A stretch of 64,000 nucleotides of DNA, from the NCBI GenBank assembly GCA_041622995.1, contig JBFJXR010000002.1, forward strand, positions 68,084-132,083. The letters run 5' to 3'. Position 1 is the first letter of the stretch. Each line of letters begins with the position of its first letter. Below, in pieces: positions 10,127 through 19,936 of the stretch. The stretch is from Nevskiales bacterium (GTDB lineage: Bacteria > Pseudomonadota > Gammaproteobacteria > Nevskiales > CAJXLF01). The notes beneath the pieces are model-generated. The model was not told where the DNA came from, searched no databases, and saw only the letters and a program-made list of their open reading frames with translations. The position numbers and the translations under genes were made by a program.

Positions 10127-10777
10127 TTACATGCTCCGAGAATATACTTCGATTGCCTCATGTATATTGCCAAAGTAACGAACGCCTTTATTCTCCACAA
10201 TTAAGGCGGAGTCACAAGTTTGTGCAAGAAGCCCAAGTTCGTGAGATGCGACTATTAGGGCTTTATTCTGTGATCTATCAAACAGTGCCTCCATGCATTT
10301 TGAGTGGAACCTTTGGTCTCCCACGAGCATAACTTCGTCAATTAAATAACAATCAAAGTCGATAGCTATGGACAGTGCGAAGGCTAATCGTGCTCGCATG
10401 CCAGAGGAATACGTTTTTACAGGCTTGTACAAATGAGCACCTAGTTCTGAGAAATCGTCAACATATTCGTATAAATCATCAAATTTTGTATCGTAAATTC
10501 TGGCAATAAAACGAATATTGTCAATCCCGGTGAGGCTTCCCTGAAATCCGCCAGAAAAACCTAAGGGCCACGATACTGACATTTTGTGGTGGATATAACC
10601 ACTACTTGGCAATTCAACCTTGCCAAGCATACGGATCAGAGTTGATTTCCCAGCGCCGTTTCGGCCAATGAGTGCCAGATGATGCCCCTTAGGAACCTGG
10701 AAGTTAATATTTTCGAGTATTGAATATTTTTTACCGTGTATAAAATAATGCTTATACAGTTCGTTTACTTCTATCAT
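10127..10777 (-). CDS. kpsT: Capsule/polysaccharide export ABC transporter, ATP-binding protein (KpsT/CtrD/BexA type)
   Basis: 216 aa. Walker A GRNGAGKST, SWPLGFSGGFQGSLTG, signature YSSGMRARLAF, and Walker B YLIDEV. Collinear with E. coli KpsT. No C-terminal carbohydrate-binding extension. Confidence 0.92.
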   Translation of the reverse strand: MIEVNELYKHYFIHGKKYSILENINFQVPKGHHLALIGRNGAGKSTLIRMLGKVELPSSGYIHHKMSVSWPLGFSGGFQGSLTGIDNIRFIARIYDTKFDDLYEYVDDFSELGAHLYKPVKTYSSGMRARLAFALSIAIDFDCYLIDEVMLVGDQRFHSKCMEALFDRSQNKALIVASHELGLLAQTCDSALIVENKGVRYFGNIHEAIEVYSRSM

Positions 10778-11577
10778 TCCATCTCAATATACTTTCTAAC
10801 ATTAACCGAGAGAATCAGGCCAATTAGGATCAAAAAAAGACAGGTATATGTCACATAAGGAATGTCATAGTGCATATGTAGAGCCGGGCCAAATTGTCCG
10901 GCTCGTATGAGTTCAAATCCATGCACGCTGGGAAGTAATAAGGCTACCTTCTGTGCGGGATAAGGAAGCCAGTCCACAAGATAAAATGCACCAGATAGGG
11001 GAGCCATGATATATAGCAATGGTGACGTAAGTTTTTCTATCCAATCAAACTGCTCACTTAAACATGAAACTATTAATGCAGTGCCTATACTAAATAGAAT
11101 CAGATATATCCAACCGAGGTAGAACAAGCCGTAATTGACTGGTGGATCGTAAATTCCAACCAGATAAAACCCGGAACAGATGACAATGAATGCCATAATC
11201 GTTCCGTAGACCTCCAGCATTATTCTTGCTACAAGTATATCCATCAGGCCAATTTGCTTATGGTAGAGCAGTCCGGCATTTGCCTGAAAGCAATTTGTGG
11301 AGCGGGAAACGGAATGCCTCCACATGGTTAACGGTGCATAGCCAGTTAAGACAAACGCAGCGACAGGCACACTATTGTCATTAGGAGATCTTACTGAATA
11401 CCACAGAAAGACAACTATAAGCGTAAATAGAAATGGTTCCCCTACTACCCAAAGTGCCCCGATATTATCCCTACCGAATCGTGTGTGCACTTCACGAATC
11501 ATTAGCGCACTAATGATTTTTATTCGATACCTTAAGTCCAGAATCAAAGATAATGGGGCAATAAATACGTTACTCAT
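10774..11577 (-). CDS. kpsM: Capsule/polysaccharide export ABC transporter permease (KpsM/CtrC/BexB type, ABC-2)
   Basis: 267 aa and multi-pass hydrophobic. Its ORF overlaps kpsT by 4 nt. Length and position match KpsM. Confidence 0.88.
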   Translation of the reverse strand: MSNVFIAPLSLILDLRYRIKIISALMIREVHTRFGRDNIGALWVVGEPFLFTLIVVFLWYSVRSPNDNSVPVAAFVLTGYAPLTMWRHSVSRSTNCFQANAGLLYHKQIGLMDILVARIMLEVYGTIMAFIVICSGFYLVGIYDPPVNYGLFYLGWIYLILFSIGTALIVSCLSEQFDWIEKLTSPLLYIMAPLSGAFYLVDWLPYPAQKVALLLPSVHGFELIRAGQFGPALHMHYDIPYVTYTCLFLILIGLILSVNVRKYIEME

Positions 11578-11592
11578 TAGATTATTTTGACG

Positions 11593-12777
11593 CTATCTCT
11601 GAGAATGTTCACGTAAGCCAGTCATTAATAATCGGGAAATTGAATACATCAGAAATAGACTCATAAAAATGATGCAGATAGATTTGAATTTTTGAGGGTA
11701 TTTGGCTTCATCTGGAACGTTGGGTTCAACTACTCGATCGAGATAAATTAATTGTCTCCGGGCTTCCGCTTTGGCGGAAGCTAACGATCCGACCGCAGAT
11801 GCCAGCTGCTTCGCTGCAAACTCCTGGCGCAGGACTAATTCTTCGTACATCCCAACTTTTGGCGCAAGTGATTTTTCATCGCCAGTGAGTTTAGCCATTT
11901 CATTATTATATTGACGTTCTATAGAGTTTATGTGAGCTTTTAAACCCCGTATCATCGGATTAGATGGAGAGGACTGCTGCATTTCACTCAAACGAGCCCG
12001 GCTCATGATCAGTTCTACTCGAAGTTTTGCCAATGATTCGGCAAATGCTTCTGTGGCTGATTTGGGGTCGAGCACCTCTTCCCTGTTTCTATAATTCAGC
12101 ATTTTTAACTGAATCTCTGTAACTTTCTCTTCTGCAATTTGAACGTCTTTTTCAGCATCGCCTATTGCATTATTTCTGGATCTTTCATTTAGCCTGTTAA
12201 CAAGCCCCTCACTCTCGTCAAGTAAAATATTTACAATCAATTGTGCGTCATCGGGAGAGAAGGCCCTTGCCGTTAAAGTTGTAATGCCCGTGGCTGAATC
12301 AAATACTATGGATATATTTTTCGAATAATATTCATATAAACCTTCAAATGAATTATCGTTAAGAATATTTGGATATTGCGAGAGAAAGTCAGCATCCTTG
12401 TTGCCATAAATATTTTTTAAATCAATGTGTTTCTGTAATGATTTAATGCCGTCTCGAGAAGTAATGAATTCATGAACAATAAAGAGACTGTCATGAGTTG
12501 GCGAAAGGCCTGCTTGCTGAAAAAAATTGGCGAACATGCTCATCTGTCGCTGCTGTGAACTGCGAACAATAAACCGGCCTTCAGACTCGTACATGTCAGT
12601 GGCAATAAAAGAATAATAAATTATGGCAAGTAGTGTGGGCAGTATTAAGAACAGGATTGCCCCAGAATTTTCGGTAATTGCTTTTAATAATGCGTTAGGC
12701 CGCTTTGGTTTTGCGGGTACAATCGTGTGAACTTCTAGGTTTTCTGTCGTCTGAATATCTATAGTATCTGTGTTCAC
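11593..12777 (-). CDS. kpsE: Capsule polysaccharide export inner-membrane protein (KpsE/CtrB/BexC, PCP-3 family)
   Basis: 394 aa. An N-terminal TM segment (ILFLILPTLLAIIYY), a long periplasmic coiled region and a C-terminal hydrophobic helix. Located upstream of kpsM-kpsT. Confidence 0.85.
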   Translation of the reverse strand: MNTDTIDIQTTENLEVHTIVPAKPKRPNALLKAITENSGAILFLILPTLLAIIYYSFIATDMYESEGRFIVRSSQQRQMSMFANFFQQAGLSPTHDSLFIVHEFITSRDGIKSLQKHIDLKNIYGNKDADFLSQYPNILNDNSFEGLYEYYSKNISIVFDSATGITTLTARAFSPDDAQLIVNILLDESEGLVNRLNERSRNNAIGDAEKDVQIAEEKVTEIQLKMLNYRNREEVLDPKSATEAFAESLAKLRVELIMSRARLSEMQQSSPSNPMIRGLKAHINSIERQYNNEMAKLTGDEKSLAPKVGMYEELVLRQEFAAKQLASAVGSLASAKAEARRQLIYLDRVVEPNVPDEAKYPQKFKSICIIFMSLFLMYSISRLLMTGLREHSQR

Positions 12778-12893
12778 TATATGTAATGGCCTGTGATGTG
12801 CTGCAAAATAGCAGCTAGTTTCAGTTTAAATGGATTACGAGTTAATGGTTGATTCGTTGGAAGCTCATTATAATGTATAAATAAAAGTAAGAT

Positions 12894-12905
12894 GACGGTA
12901 GTTTG
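12894..12905 (+). promoter_or_regulatory. Candidate ops-like (RfaH recruitment) element in the 5' leader of the GT4-kinase-fcl operon
   Basis: GACGGTAGTTTG matches the E. coli ops sequence GGCGGTAGCGTG at 9 of 12 positions and the GGCGGTAG core at 7 of 8. It lies on the coding strand about 85 nt upstream of the 12986 start. Confidence 0.25.
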
Positions 12906-12985
12906 TATTGTAAGCTACAGACTTTTACGACAATACCCATTTCAGGCTCATTATCTGCGCTTGTAATTAATGAACCTTAGACATT

Positions 12986-14293
12986 TTGATGGCAAACAAT
13001 AAACCAATTATATTTTTTGACGCTAGTCGGCTATTCAATCGTTTGCTTTCATCTACACCAGCTGGAATTGATCGTGTGGATTTGGCATATGCAAAAAAAT
13101 TCTTGCATGATCAAGAATACACAGTGGCATATATTGTTTATGGGAAAAAAGGACACTTTATATTTCCCAGATTAATAGTCATATTATTTTTGTGGGTTGC
13201 AGAATTCTCTTCAAGAAACCGGGATGCCAAGTTTAGTAGTAGGGTTGCCTTTCCACTAGTAACATCACTCGTTGCTTATTTCCTTCGCCCAAGTAATTTT
13301 CTCTGGATACTTAAGTTTTTTAGATGGATGAGTGTATTGGGTCTGCCACGTCATCCCGAAAGCATCATTTCAAAATCTACTCTCGTTGCGGTCTATATTA
13401 ATGTTTCTCACGGAAAGTTAACAAAATACAGGCGCTTTTCCTGGTTAAAAGATAATAATGTATCGGGTGTTTTTTTTGTACATGACCTGATTCCAATACT
13501 AAATCCAGAGTTTTGTACTGATAAGCAGGCTGAGAGACACCGTGCCCGTTTGGAAATGATTTCTCAGCATGCCGATTTGATTATTTCAATATCTGAAAAC
13601 ACAAAAGAAGAATTAGTGAGATATTTTTCGAAGGAAAAACTGTCATTGCCTGAAATTCAAGTGCTTCCACTTGCAGTTGATGGTATTTGTCATGCAAATG
13701 AAGTGAAGCCGGTAATTGAAAATCCAACTACGTATTTTGTAATTTTATCTACTATTGAGCCTCGAAAAAATCACCTAATGTTGCTGAAAATCTGGAAAAG
13801 GTTGGTTAAGGATTTTGGGCTTGCAGCGCCAAAATTAGTAATCATTGGTCGACGCGGGTGGAAGAATGACAAGGTATTCAGGTTGTTGGAGGATAAGGAG
13901 CTAGAGCCATATGTACATGAATACAATGACCTATCCGACGGCCAGGTTAAAAGTCTTTTGCTGGGTTCAAGGGCACTGATCTCGCCTTCTTTTGTTGAAG
14001 GATACGGGCTTCCTGTTGTTGAGGCATTAAGCTTAAAAGTGCCGGTTATCGCATCTGATATTCCTTCGCATCGTGAAATAGGAAAATCTGTTCCAGATTT
14101 CATTGATCCATATGATGCAGAATCTTGGTACGCTCATATCGTAGCTTATACAGATTCTGAGAATACGATGAGGGCTTCTCAACTGGAGCGCATGAGTGAT
14201 TTCAGCATCATAAGTTGGAAGGAGCATATGCTGACATTTGATAAGCTCTTGAAAGAACTTGTAGTCAAAAAATCAGTAGTTTCTAAAGCATGA
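12986..14293 (+). CDS. Glycosyltransferase family 4 (GT-B, retaining type)
   Basis: 435 aa. The C-terminal half has EPRKNH, GRRGW and SFVEGYGLPVVEALSLKVPVIASDIPSHREI (the EX7E region). The N-terminal half contains hydrophobic stretches. The start is either TTG at 12986 or ATG at 12989. Confidence 0.8.
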   Translation: MMANNKPIIFFDASRLFNRLLSSTPAGIDRVDLAYAKKFLHDQEYTVAYIVYGKKGHFIFPRLIVILFLWVAEFSSRNRDAKFSSRVAFPLVTSLVAYFLRPSNFLWILKFFRWMSVLGLPRHPESIISKSTLVAVYINVSHGKLTKYRRFSWLKDNNVSGVFFVHDLIPILNPEFCTDKQAERHRARLEMISQHADLIISISENTKEELVRYFSKEKLSLPEIQVLPLAVDGICHANEVKPVIENPTTYFVILSTIEPRKNHLMLLKIWKRLVKDFGLAAPKLVIIGRRGWKNDKVFRLLEDKELEPYVHEYNDLSDGQVKSLLLGSRALISPSFVEGYGLPVVEALSLKVPVIASDIPSHREIGKSVPDFIDPYDAESWYAHIVAYTDSENTMRASQLERMSDFSIISWKEHMLTFDKLLKELVVKKSVVSKA

Positions 14294-15186
14294 AAAGCCT
14301 GACGCCGGAAATCAGGGCAGAGTTAGAGGCTGTTATTGGTAATATTCAGCAGGTTACACTTTTGCACAAACGCTGGATTCGACGTCGCGAATCCTACAGA
14401 CCAGTGTCTAAAAGATCTCCCAAGGTTTACTTGTTGTCGTCAGAGTCTGGTGTGCGGTATAAATTATTGATCGGTAATGAGGGCGGCAGTCGTATCAGCC
14501 GAATCAGGCATTATTCAGAACAATGTGCTGGTTTCTCATTCTTCCCTGAGTTGGCTTCAAGCGGTGATGACTGGTTACTGATTGAATATATTGAAGGAAG
14601 TGAGCCCGATTTTTCTTCGAAAGGCTTTGCCTATGATATAGGCATCTCACTTGCACAAATGCATCTCCTAAATAGGAGGCCATGTGATGCTTCTAAGATT
14701 CAAGAGCATTTGCGAAAGGATATCCATCAGCTTCAAAAATACGGGCACCTGACTACTAATAAAGATGTGGCTCTTGTATGGAACGTTTTTGAGAGGCTGA
14801 ATTTGGGAGTCTGTCCCACCAGCCTGGATTATTTTGATGTCAAGCCGAGCAACTTTATACGCGCCACCAATGGACAGATATATTTTGTCGACCTGGGTGC
14901 GATAGGAGAAAACTGGCCTACGGGCCAATTTCTATTCGGTAGCTTGCATTACGATAAACTGAAAATGAGGTCGTTTGCTGAAGGATACCTTTCAGGTGGT
15001 GGAGATCAGGCTATATTAGATCGTGGCTTACCGTTCAGGGTTCTTCACTGCTTATGGTTGGCTGCACACTATTACAGAAGGGCTGCTGAAATACCGTTCT
15101 ACGTAGCACCGATGAAATATGGTTTTCAGATAATGGGTAGAAGACTGATTAATAAAAGTCTTCACCTTGCTTCGGATTGTATGTAG
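14290..15186 (+). CDS. Eukaryotic-protein-kinase-like kinase, candidate glycan (chain-end) kinase
   Basis: 298 aa. Hinge LIEYIEGSEP. Catalytic loop FDVKPSNFI (D-x-K-P-x-N, nt 14836-14853). DFG-equivalent FVDLG (nt 14890-14898). A lysine candidate lies in VRYKLLIG. The start overlaps the GT4 stop (ATGA). Confidence 0.65.
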   Translation: MKSLTPEIRAELEAVIGNIQQVTLLHKRWIRRRESYRPVSKRSPKVYLLSSESGVRYKLLIGNEGGSRISRIRHYSEQCAGFSFFPELASSGDDWLLIEYIEGSEPDFSSKGFAYDIGISLAQMHLLNRRPCDASKIQEHLRKDIHQLQKYGHLTTNKDVALVWNVFERLNLGVCPTSLDYFDVKPSNFIRATNGQIYFVDLGAIGENWPTGQFLFGSLHYDKLKMRSFAEGYLSGGGDQAILDRGLPFRVLHCLWLAAHYYRRAAEIPFYVAPMKYGFQIMGRRLINKSLHLASDCM

Positions 15187-15253
15187 ATATAATAGAATCA
15201 GAATGAGTGCGCGCTGGCTCTTTACTATTAAACGCATCCTTTAAGGGAAAAAC

Positions 15254-16210
15254 ATGCAAGAACAACCACGGGTATTTGTTGCTGGCCATCGTGGGATGGT
15301 TGGATCTGGAATTGTCCGTGCATTGAAGAGTCGAGGTTATGAATCAATTTTAACGGCTCCTCATTCCGAACTGGATCTTCAAGACCAACGTCAAGTTCAA
15401 AATTATTTTGCAAAGGAAAAACCAGACCAGGTATATATTGCGGCTGCTAGGGTAGGTGGCATATATGCAAATAATACTTTCCCAGCACAATTCATTTATG
15501 AAAACCTGATGATTCAGTGCAATATTGTCGATGCGGCATGGCGTGAAGGGGTAGAGAAATTGCTTTTTCTTGGCTCCAGTTGCATTTATCCCAGAGAAGC
15601 ATCCCAGCCCATTACCGAAGATTCGCTACTTACGGGAAAACTAGAGCCTACAAATGAGCCCTATGCCGTGGCCAAGATAGCCGGTATTAAACTTTGTGAG
15701 TCCTATAACCGCCAGTATGGATGCGATTTTCGGAGCGTTATGCCTACAAATTTATATGGTCCTGGTGATAACTATGACCCGGAATACTCGCATGTCATCC
15801 CGGCATTATTGCGTCGGTTCCATGAGGCAAAAGTAGAAGATAAGGATGAAGTGGTTATTTGGGGTACTGGCAAGGCAAGGCGTGAATTTCTACATGTTGA
15901 TGATATGGTTGATGCATCCGTATTTACAATGGAACTGGATTGCGAAAAATACAAAGACCATACCTTAGAGATGCAATCGCATATTAATGTTGGTACAGGT
16001 ACGGATACTACTATTGCTGATCTTGCCAATTTATTGAAGTCCACAGTAGGTTATGAAGGTGAGATCAAGTTTGATACATCAAAACCGGACGGACCACCCC
16101 GTAAACTACTGGATGTGAGTCGCTTGAGTTCTTTAGGTTGGCAATCCCGAATCAATCTTGAAGAGGGGTTGAAACTGGCCTATCAGGATTATATTAATGA
16201 GCATGTTTAA
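15254..16210 (+). CDS. fcl: GDP-L-fucose synthase (GDP-4-keto-6-deoxy-D-mannose 3,5-epimerase/4-reductase)
   Basis: 318 aa. [31 protein letters not shown] and [10 protein letters not shown] are the characteristic Fcl/WcaG pattern. Confidence 0.92.
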   Translation: MQEQPRVFVAGHRGMVGSGIVRALKSRGYESILTAPHSELDLQDQRQVQNYFAKEKPDQVYIAAARVGGIYANNTFPAQFIYENLMIQCNIVDAAWREGVEKLLFLGSSCIYPREASQPITEDSLLTGKLEPTNEPYAVAKIAGIKLCESYNRQYGCDFRSVMPTNLYGPGDNYDPEYSHVIPALLRRFHEAKVEDKDEVVIWGTGKARREFLHVDDMVDASVFTMELDCEKYKDHTLEMQSHINVGTGTDTTIADLANLLKSTVGYEGEIKFDTSKPDGPPRKLLDVSRLSSLGWQSRINLEEGLKLAYQDYINEHV

Positions 16211-16365
16211 ATCAGCCTGAATTCACTGATTATAAGTATTAATGAGTAGTTTTTAGGTCGACAAGAAATCGTCCTTATCTAATTTATTTACTTTAATTGA
16301 AGCGTCTGGAAGTTCTATAGACTAGTCTTTAGCTATCCAAATCGCCAACAAATTGCTTTAGCATT

Positions 16366-17529
16366 ATGAATGCAGAAAAATTTATTAATTTCCTCTATCT
16401 ACTAATTTTTGAAAGAGAAGCCGATGCGGATGGCTTGAAAAATTGGAGTAATGAATTGCGGGCGGGGAAGCTCCCCATTGAGATTTTTAATATATTTTTG
16501 AATTCGGAAGAGTTTAAACAAAAATCAGTTACTCATCGCTACTTTAGAAATAATGTGGATGAGAATCAATTACTTTTTAAAGGACGCAACCGAACAGAGA
16601 TACAAAAAGAATTCGATGACAGTGTTGATTTGCTTGATTTGATAAATTTGGAGGATGATTGGGCTCGTTTTGCCGAAATAATCAGAAAAGACCATTTGCG
16701 GGCTAAATCAGATTCAGAATTTGCTTATTTTTTAGAGACCCTCTACCTGGAAGAAGATCGAGTTAAATCATTTGACCGGTTCCTTAAAAGCTATGAGTTG
16801 AAATATTCGATTGAAGTATTAAGGGCGATGAATGTTGAGAACGATGCTGCTATCTGTGAGGTAGGAGGGGGGAACGGCGCATTTTCCTGGGGGCTGATGA
16901 AAAAGGGTTTCAATAATTTACATTTATTCGAGCCGAACGGCGATTTTATTACAGGTACTGGATACCTGAAATCCAGAGAAGATAGTCAATCGCTCAAAGT
17001 TTATAACGATTTGCATGCTTGGCACGACGACTCATTATTGTATGAAACCATTATTAGTAAGGCGTGTATTCACCATTTCGGCAATATAAGTATGGTTGCC
17101 GGCTCCATCAGGCAAAAAATGAAGATGGGTGGTTTGTGGTTTGCATTTAGAGAGTGGTTCGCTGACAGCCCCAGTGAGTTGGCAAACCTAATGACGAATC
17201 ACCCCTATTGCCAGCAGTACAAATTGTATGAATGGCCCTCTCCGGCGTCAATCTATGTGGAATCTTTTGAAATGGTGGGATTAGAATTAATAGCAATTGT
17301 TCCTGAGGGATATGCAGATAATTCCATTGCTACGCATCATGAAATAGAACCATCTGAGGTCGCCAAGAGTTTTACTGAAGAAATTAACGATACATTACGA
17401 AATAATCCCGAGGAAACAGTTAATAAATTCTGGAAAGAGTATTTTTCTAGTAAAACAGGTTCTTCATTTGATGAAAAATATTCAAAGCCCCAGGTGATGA
17501 TATTTCGTAAGGTGCCAGTTTCTATTTAA
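16366..17529 (+). CDS. DUF4214-domain plus class I SAM-dependent methyltransferase fusion
   Basis: 387 aa. The N-terminus FINFLYLLIFEREADADGLKNWSNELRAGKLPIEIFNIFLNSEEFK fits the DUF4214 consensus. The central segment has SAM motif I, ICEVGGGNGAFSW. Confidence 0.65.
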   Translation: MNAEKFINFLYLLIFEREADADGLKNWSNELRAGKLPIEIFNIFLNSEEFKQKSVTHRYFRNNVDENQLLFKGRNRTEIQKEFDDSVDLLDLINLEDDWARFAEIIRKDHLRAKSDSEFAYFLETLYLEEDRVKSFDRFLKSYELKYSIEVLRAMNVENDAAICEVGGGNGAFSWGLMKKGFNNLHLFEPNGDFITGTGYLKSREDSQSLKVYNDLHAWHDDSLLYETIISKACIHHFGNISMVAGSIRQKMKMGGLWFAFREWFADSPSELANLMTNHPYCQQYKLYEWPSPASIYVESFEMVGLELIAIVPEGYADNSIATHHEIEPSEVAKSFTEEINDTLRNNPEETVNKFWKEYFSSKTGSSFDEKYSKPQVMIFRKVPVSI

Positions 17530-17552
17530 TCAGAATAGGTAGTCAACCGAAA

Positions 17553-18572
17553 CTAATCTTTATGTAGAGCATCTAGATATGGCAGGGCGGTGTTCTCGCC
17601 AGTTTGGTAATCGTGAATTTTGAGCTTTCCAAATGTGAGGTCATTCCAGCCGAACACAAAATGAGCTATAGCCGCTTGTTTTAGTAGTTGCTGTTTATTG
17701 ACGCACTCGTCTGATTTGAAGTAAACCGCATCACCCCACATCAGTTTGCTTCCTTTTTCTGGCCCAGCTAAACGCGAAAATTCTTCTGGCGCCAGCCTTC
17801 TTTGGAATAGCAAGTCGTGAAAATCAAAATTATTATCACGGAGCAAGCAGTCAACATCAGAAAATAGAGGTTGCCTTGAATAAATTTCCTGAAATTCAAC
17901 TTCAGTAAAAATACATAATGTTTTATTTAAGGCATTAATGCCGTTCTCTAATATTTTGTATTCAAAGCCCTGTACATCAAGTTTTAGAAAATCAATACTT
18001 TCAGGTAAATCTATTTCATCTAGACGAGTTGTTTTCATGTCTATTTCGTCAACGGTATACAGATTTATTAGCCCTTCGGTAACGCCCATTATTTTTTTGT
18101 TTATAGGGTACATTGATGATGTCGCATCAATATTATTTACATAAAGTGTTTGTGTTGTGCCATCACCTAATGCCGAAGGTCTTATGGATACATTATTTTC
18201 GCTATTATTTCGCTGAGTAGCTTTTTCTTCCAGAGGTTCAAAACCGATTGTAGTGCCAATTAGACTATGCTCATTTAATGGCGCGTAGATATGTCTTTCT
18301 TCATCAAGTATTTGTGCGCCTATATCGACTACATTTATTGGTTCCAAACCTGCGTCGATTAAGATTGTTTTTATACGTTCGTGGTTGATTTGCGATTGGT
18401 TTTTAGTTTGCTCGAATTCTTTGCATTCTTCCGATCTTGAAATTTCAATATAGATATCTTCAATATTCATACCACTCGTATAAAGAGACTCCCAGTGATC
18501 TAAGCCATTCTGGTCAATATTTCGACCAAGTAGCTGCAAATAAATTGCGTTCAGAACATGTTGTATTTTCAT
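17553..18572 (-). CDS. DUF4214-domain plus FkbM-family methyltransferase fusion
   Basis: 339 aa. The N-terminus [47 protein letters not shown] is DUF4214-like. FkbM motifs VVDIGAQ and [17 protein letters not shown] follow. Confidence 0.7.
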   Translation of the reverse strand: MKIQHVLNAIYLQLLGRNIDQNGLDHWESLYTSGMNIEDIYIEISRSEECKEFEQTKNQSQINHERIKTILIDAGLEPINVVDIGAQILDEERHIYAPLNEHSLIGTTIGFEPLEEKATQRNNSENNVSIRPSALGDGTTQTLYVNNIDATSSMYPINKKIMGVTEGLINLYTVDEIDMKTTRLDEIDLPESIDFLKLDVQGFEYKILENGINALNKTLCIFTEVEFQEIYSRQPLFSDVDCLLRDNNFDFHDLLFQRRLAPEEFSRLAGPEKGSKLMWGDAVYFKSDECVNKQQLLKQAAIAHFVFGWNDLTFGKLKIHDYQTGENTALPYLDALHKD

Positions 18573-19936
18573 GAAGACATCAATAATTCTGCAAGTTCAT
18601 TAGTCTTGCTTCTTACTAATGCAGAATTATTTTTACTTTCTATGTTCAGACGGAGAAGTGGCTCAGTATTAGAAGCCCGGATATTGAAGCGCCAGTCAAG
18701 AAACTCCATGCTAATGCCATCCGTTTTATCTTCAGTTGGATTGTCAGAATGATAGTGCTGTCTGATTCTTTCGATTGATTCTGTTGAGTTTTCTACAGTG
18801 AAATTGATTTCCCCACTGCACGGGTATGCTTCTATTCGTTCTCTAACTAAAGTAGAGAGTGGAAGGCCAGTACCAGACAATAGCTCAGCTACCAGTAACC
18901 AGGGAATCATACCGCTATCACAGTAGGCGAAATCACGAAAATAATGATGAGCGCTCATTTCGCCGCCATATATGGCATTTTCCTTTCGCATGCGTTCTTT
19001 GATGAAAGCGTGCCCGGTTCTAGTTTGAATCGCCTGCCCACCTGCCTGCTTCACTATATCTATAGTGTTCCATGTCAGGCGTGGATCATGGATGATTTTC
19101 TCACCTGGTGATTTGTCAAGAAAGGCTTTTGCAAGAAGTCCAACTATGTAATAACCCTCGATAAACTCACCGTGTTCATCGAACAGAAAACAGCGATCAA
19201 AGTCGCCGTCCCATGCAATCCCCATATCAGCCTTGTGCTCTACGACAGCATTAGCGGTATCGATACGATTAGCAGGGATAAGTGGGTTGGGTATACCATG
19301 CGGGAAGTCCCCATCCGGCTCATGGTGAATCTTGATGAACTCTAATGGTACGCCGAGTTCTTTGAGGCGGTTCTCCATGGCGTCTATGACGTGACCCGCA
19401 GCTCCATTACCCGCATTGGTTACAACACGTAAAGGTTTGATTTTTTGCGGGTCAATATAACTCAGTAAGTGTTCTACATAGGGTTGAAGAATTGAGGCTT
19501 GAGAATAATTACCGGCCTTCTTCCCGGATTCCGAAAATTGATTAGCTTCGACTAATGCCTCAATATCACGTAAGCCACTGTCACCGCTTATCGGCACGGC
19601 ACCTTTTTTGACCAGTTTCATACCGTTGTAGTCGACCGGGTTATGGCTGGCTGTGACCTCTATACCCCCATCAACATCCAGGTGGAACGCAGCAAAATAG
19701 ATTTCCTCAGTGCCTGTCATGCCAATGTCAATTACATCGACACCTGCCTCCATTAAACCTCTGGCGATCGCTTTTTTTAGAGGTTCACTGCTGTGACGAA
19801 TGTCTGAGCCCAGAACCATCCTGCGTGGCGCAAAATGTTGTGCGTAAGCACGACCGATGCGATAGGAGAGTTCCTCATTGAGCTCATCACCTAACTTCCC
19901 ACGTATGTCATAGGCCTTAAAACAGGAGAGCGACAT
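18569..19936 (-). CDS. manB: Phosphomannomutase (alpha-D-phosphohexomutase family)
   Basis: 455 aa. [11 protein letters not shown], active-site TASHNP, and GDFDR. Adjacent to and overlapping manC. Confidence 0.92.
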   Translation of the reverse strand: MSLSCFKAYDIRGKLGDELNEELSYRIGRAYAQHFAPRRMVLGSDIRHSSEPLKKAIARGLMEAGVDVIDIGMTGTEEIYFAAFHLDVDGGIEVTASHNPVDYNGMKLVKKGAVPISGDSGLRDIEALVEANQFSESGKKAGNYSQASILQPYVEHLLSYIDPQKIKPLRVVTNAGNGAAGHVIDAMENRLKELGVPLEFIKIHHEPDGDFPHGIPNPLIPANRIDTANAVVEHKADMGIAWDGDFDRCFLFDEHGEFIEGYYIVGLLAKAFLDKSPGEKIIHDPRLTWNTIDIVKQAGGQAIQTRTGHAFIKERMRKENAIYGGEMSAHHYFRDFAYCDSGMIPWLLVAELLSGTGLPLSTLVRERIEAYPCSGEINFTVENSTESIERIRQHYHSDNPTEDKTDGISMEFLDWRFNIRASNTEPLLRLNIESKNNSALVRSKTNELAELLMSS

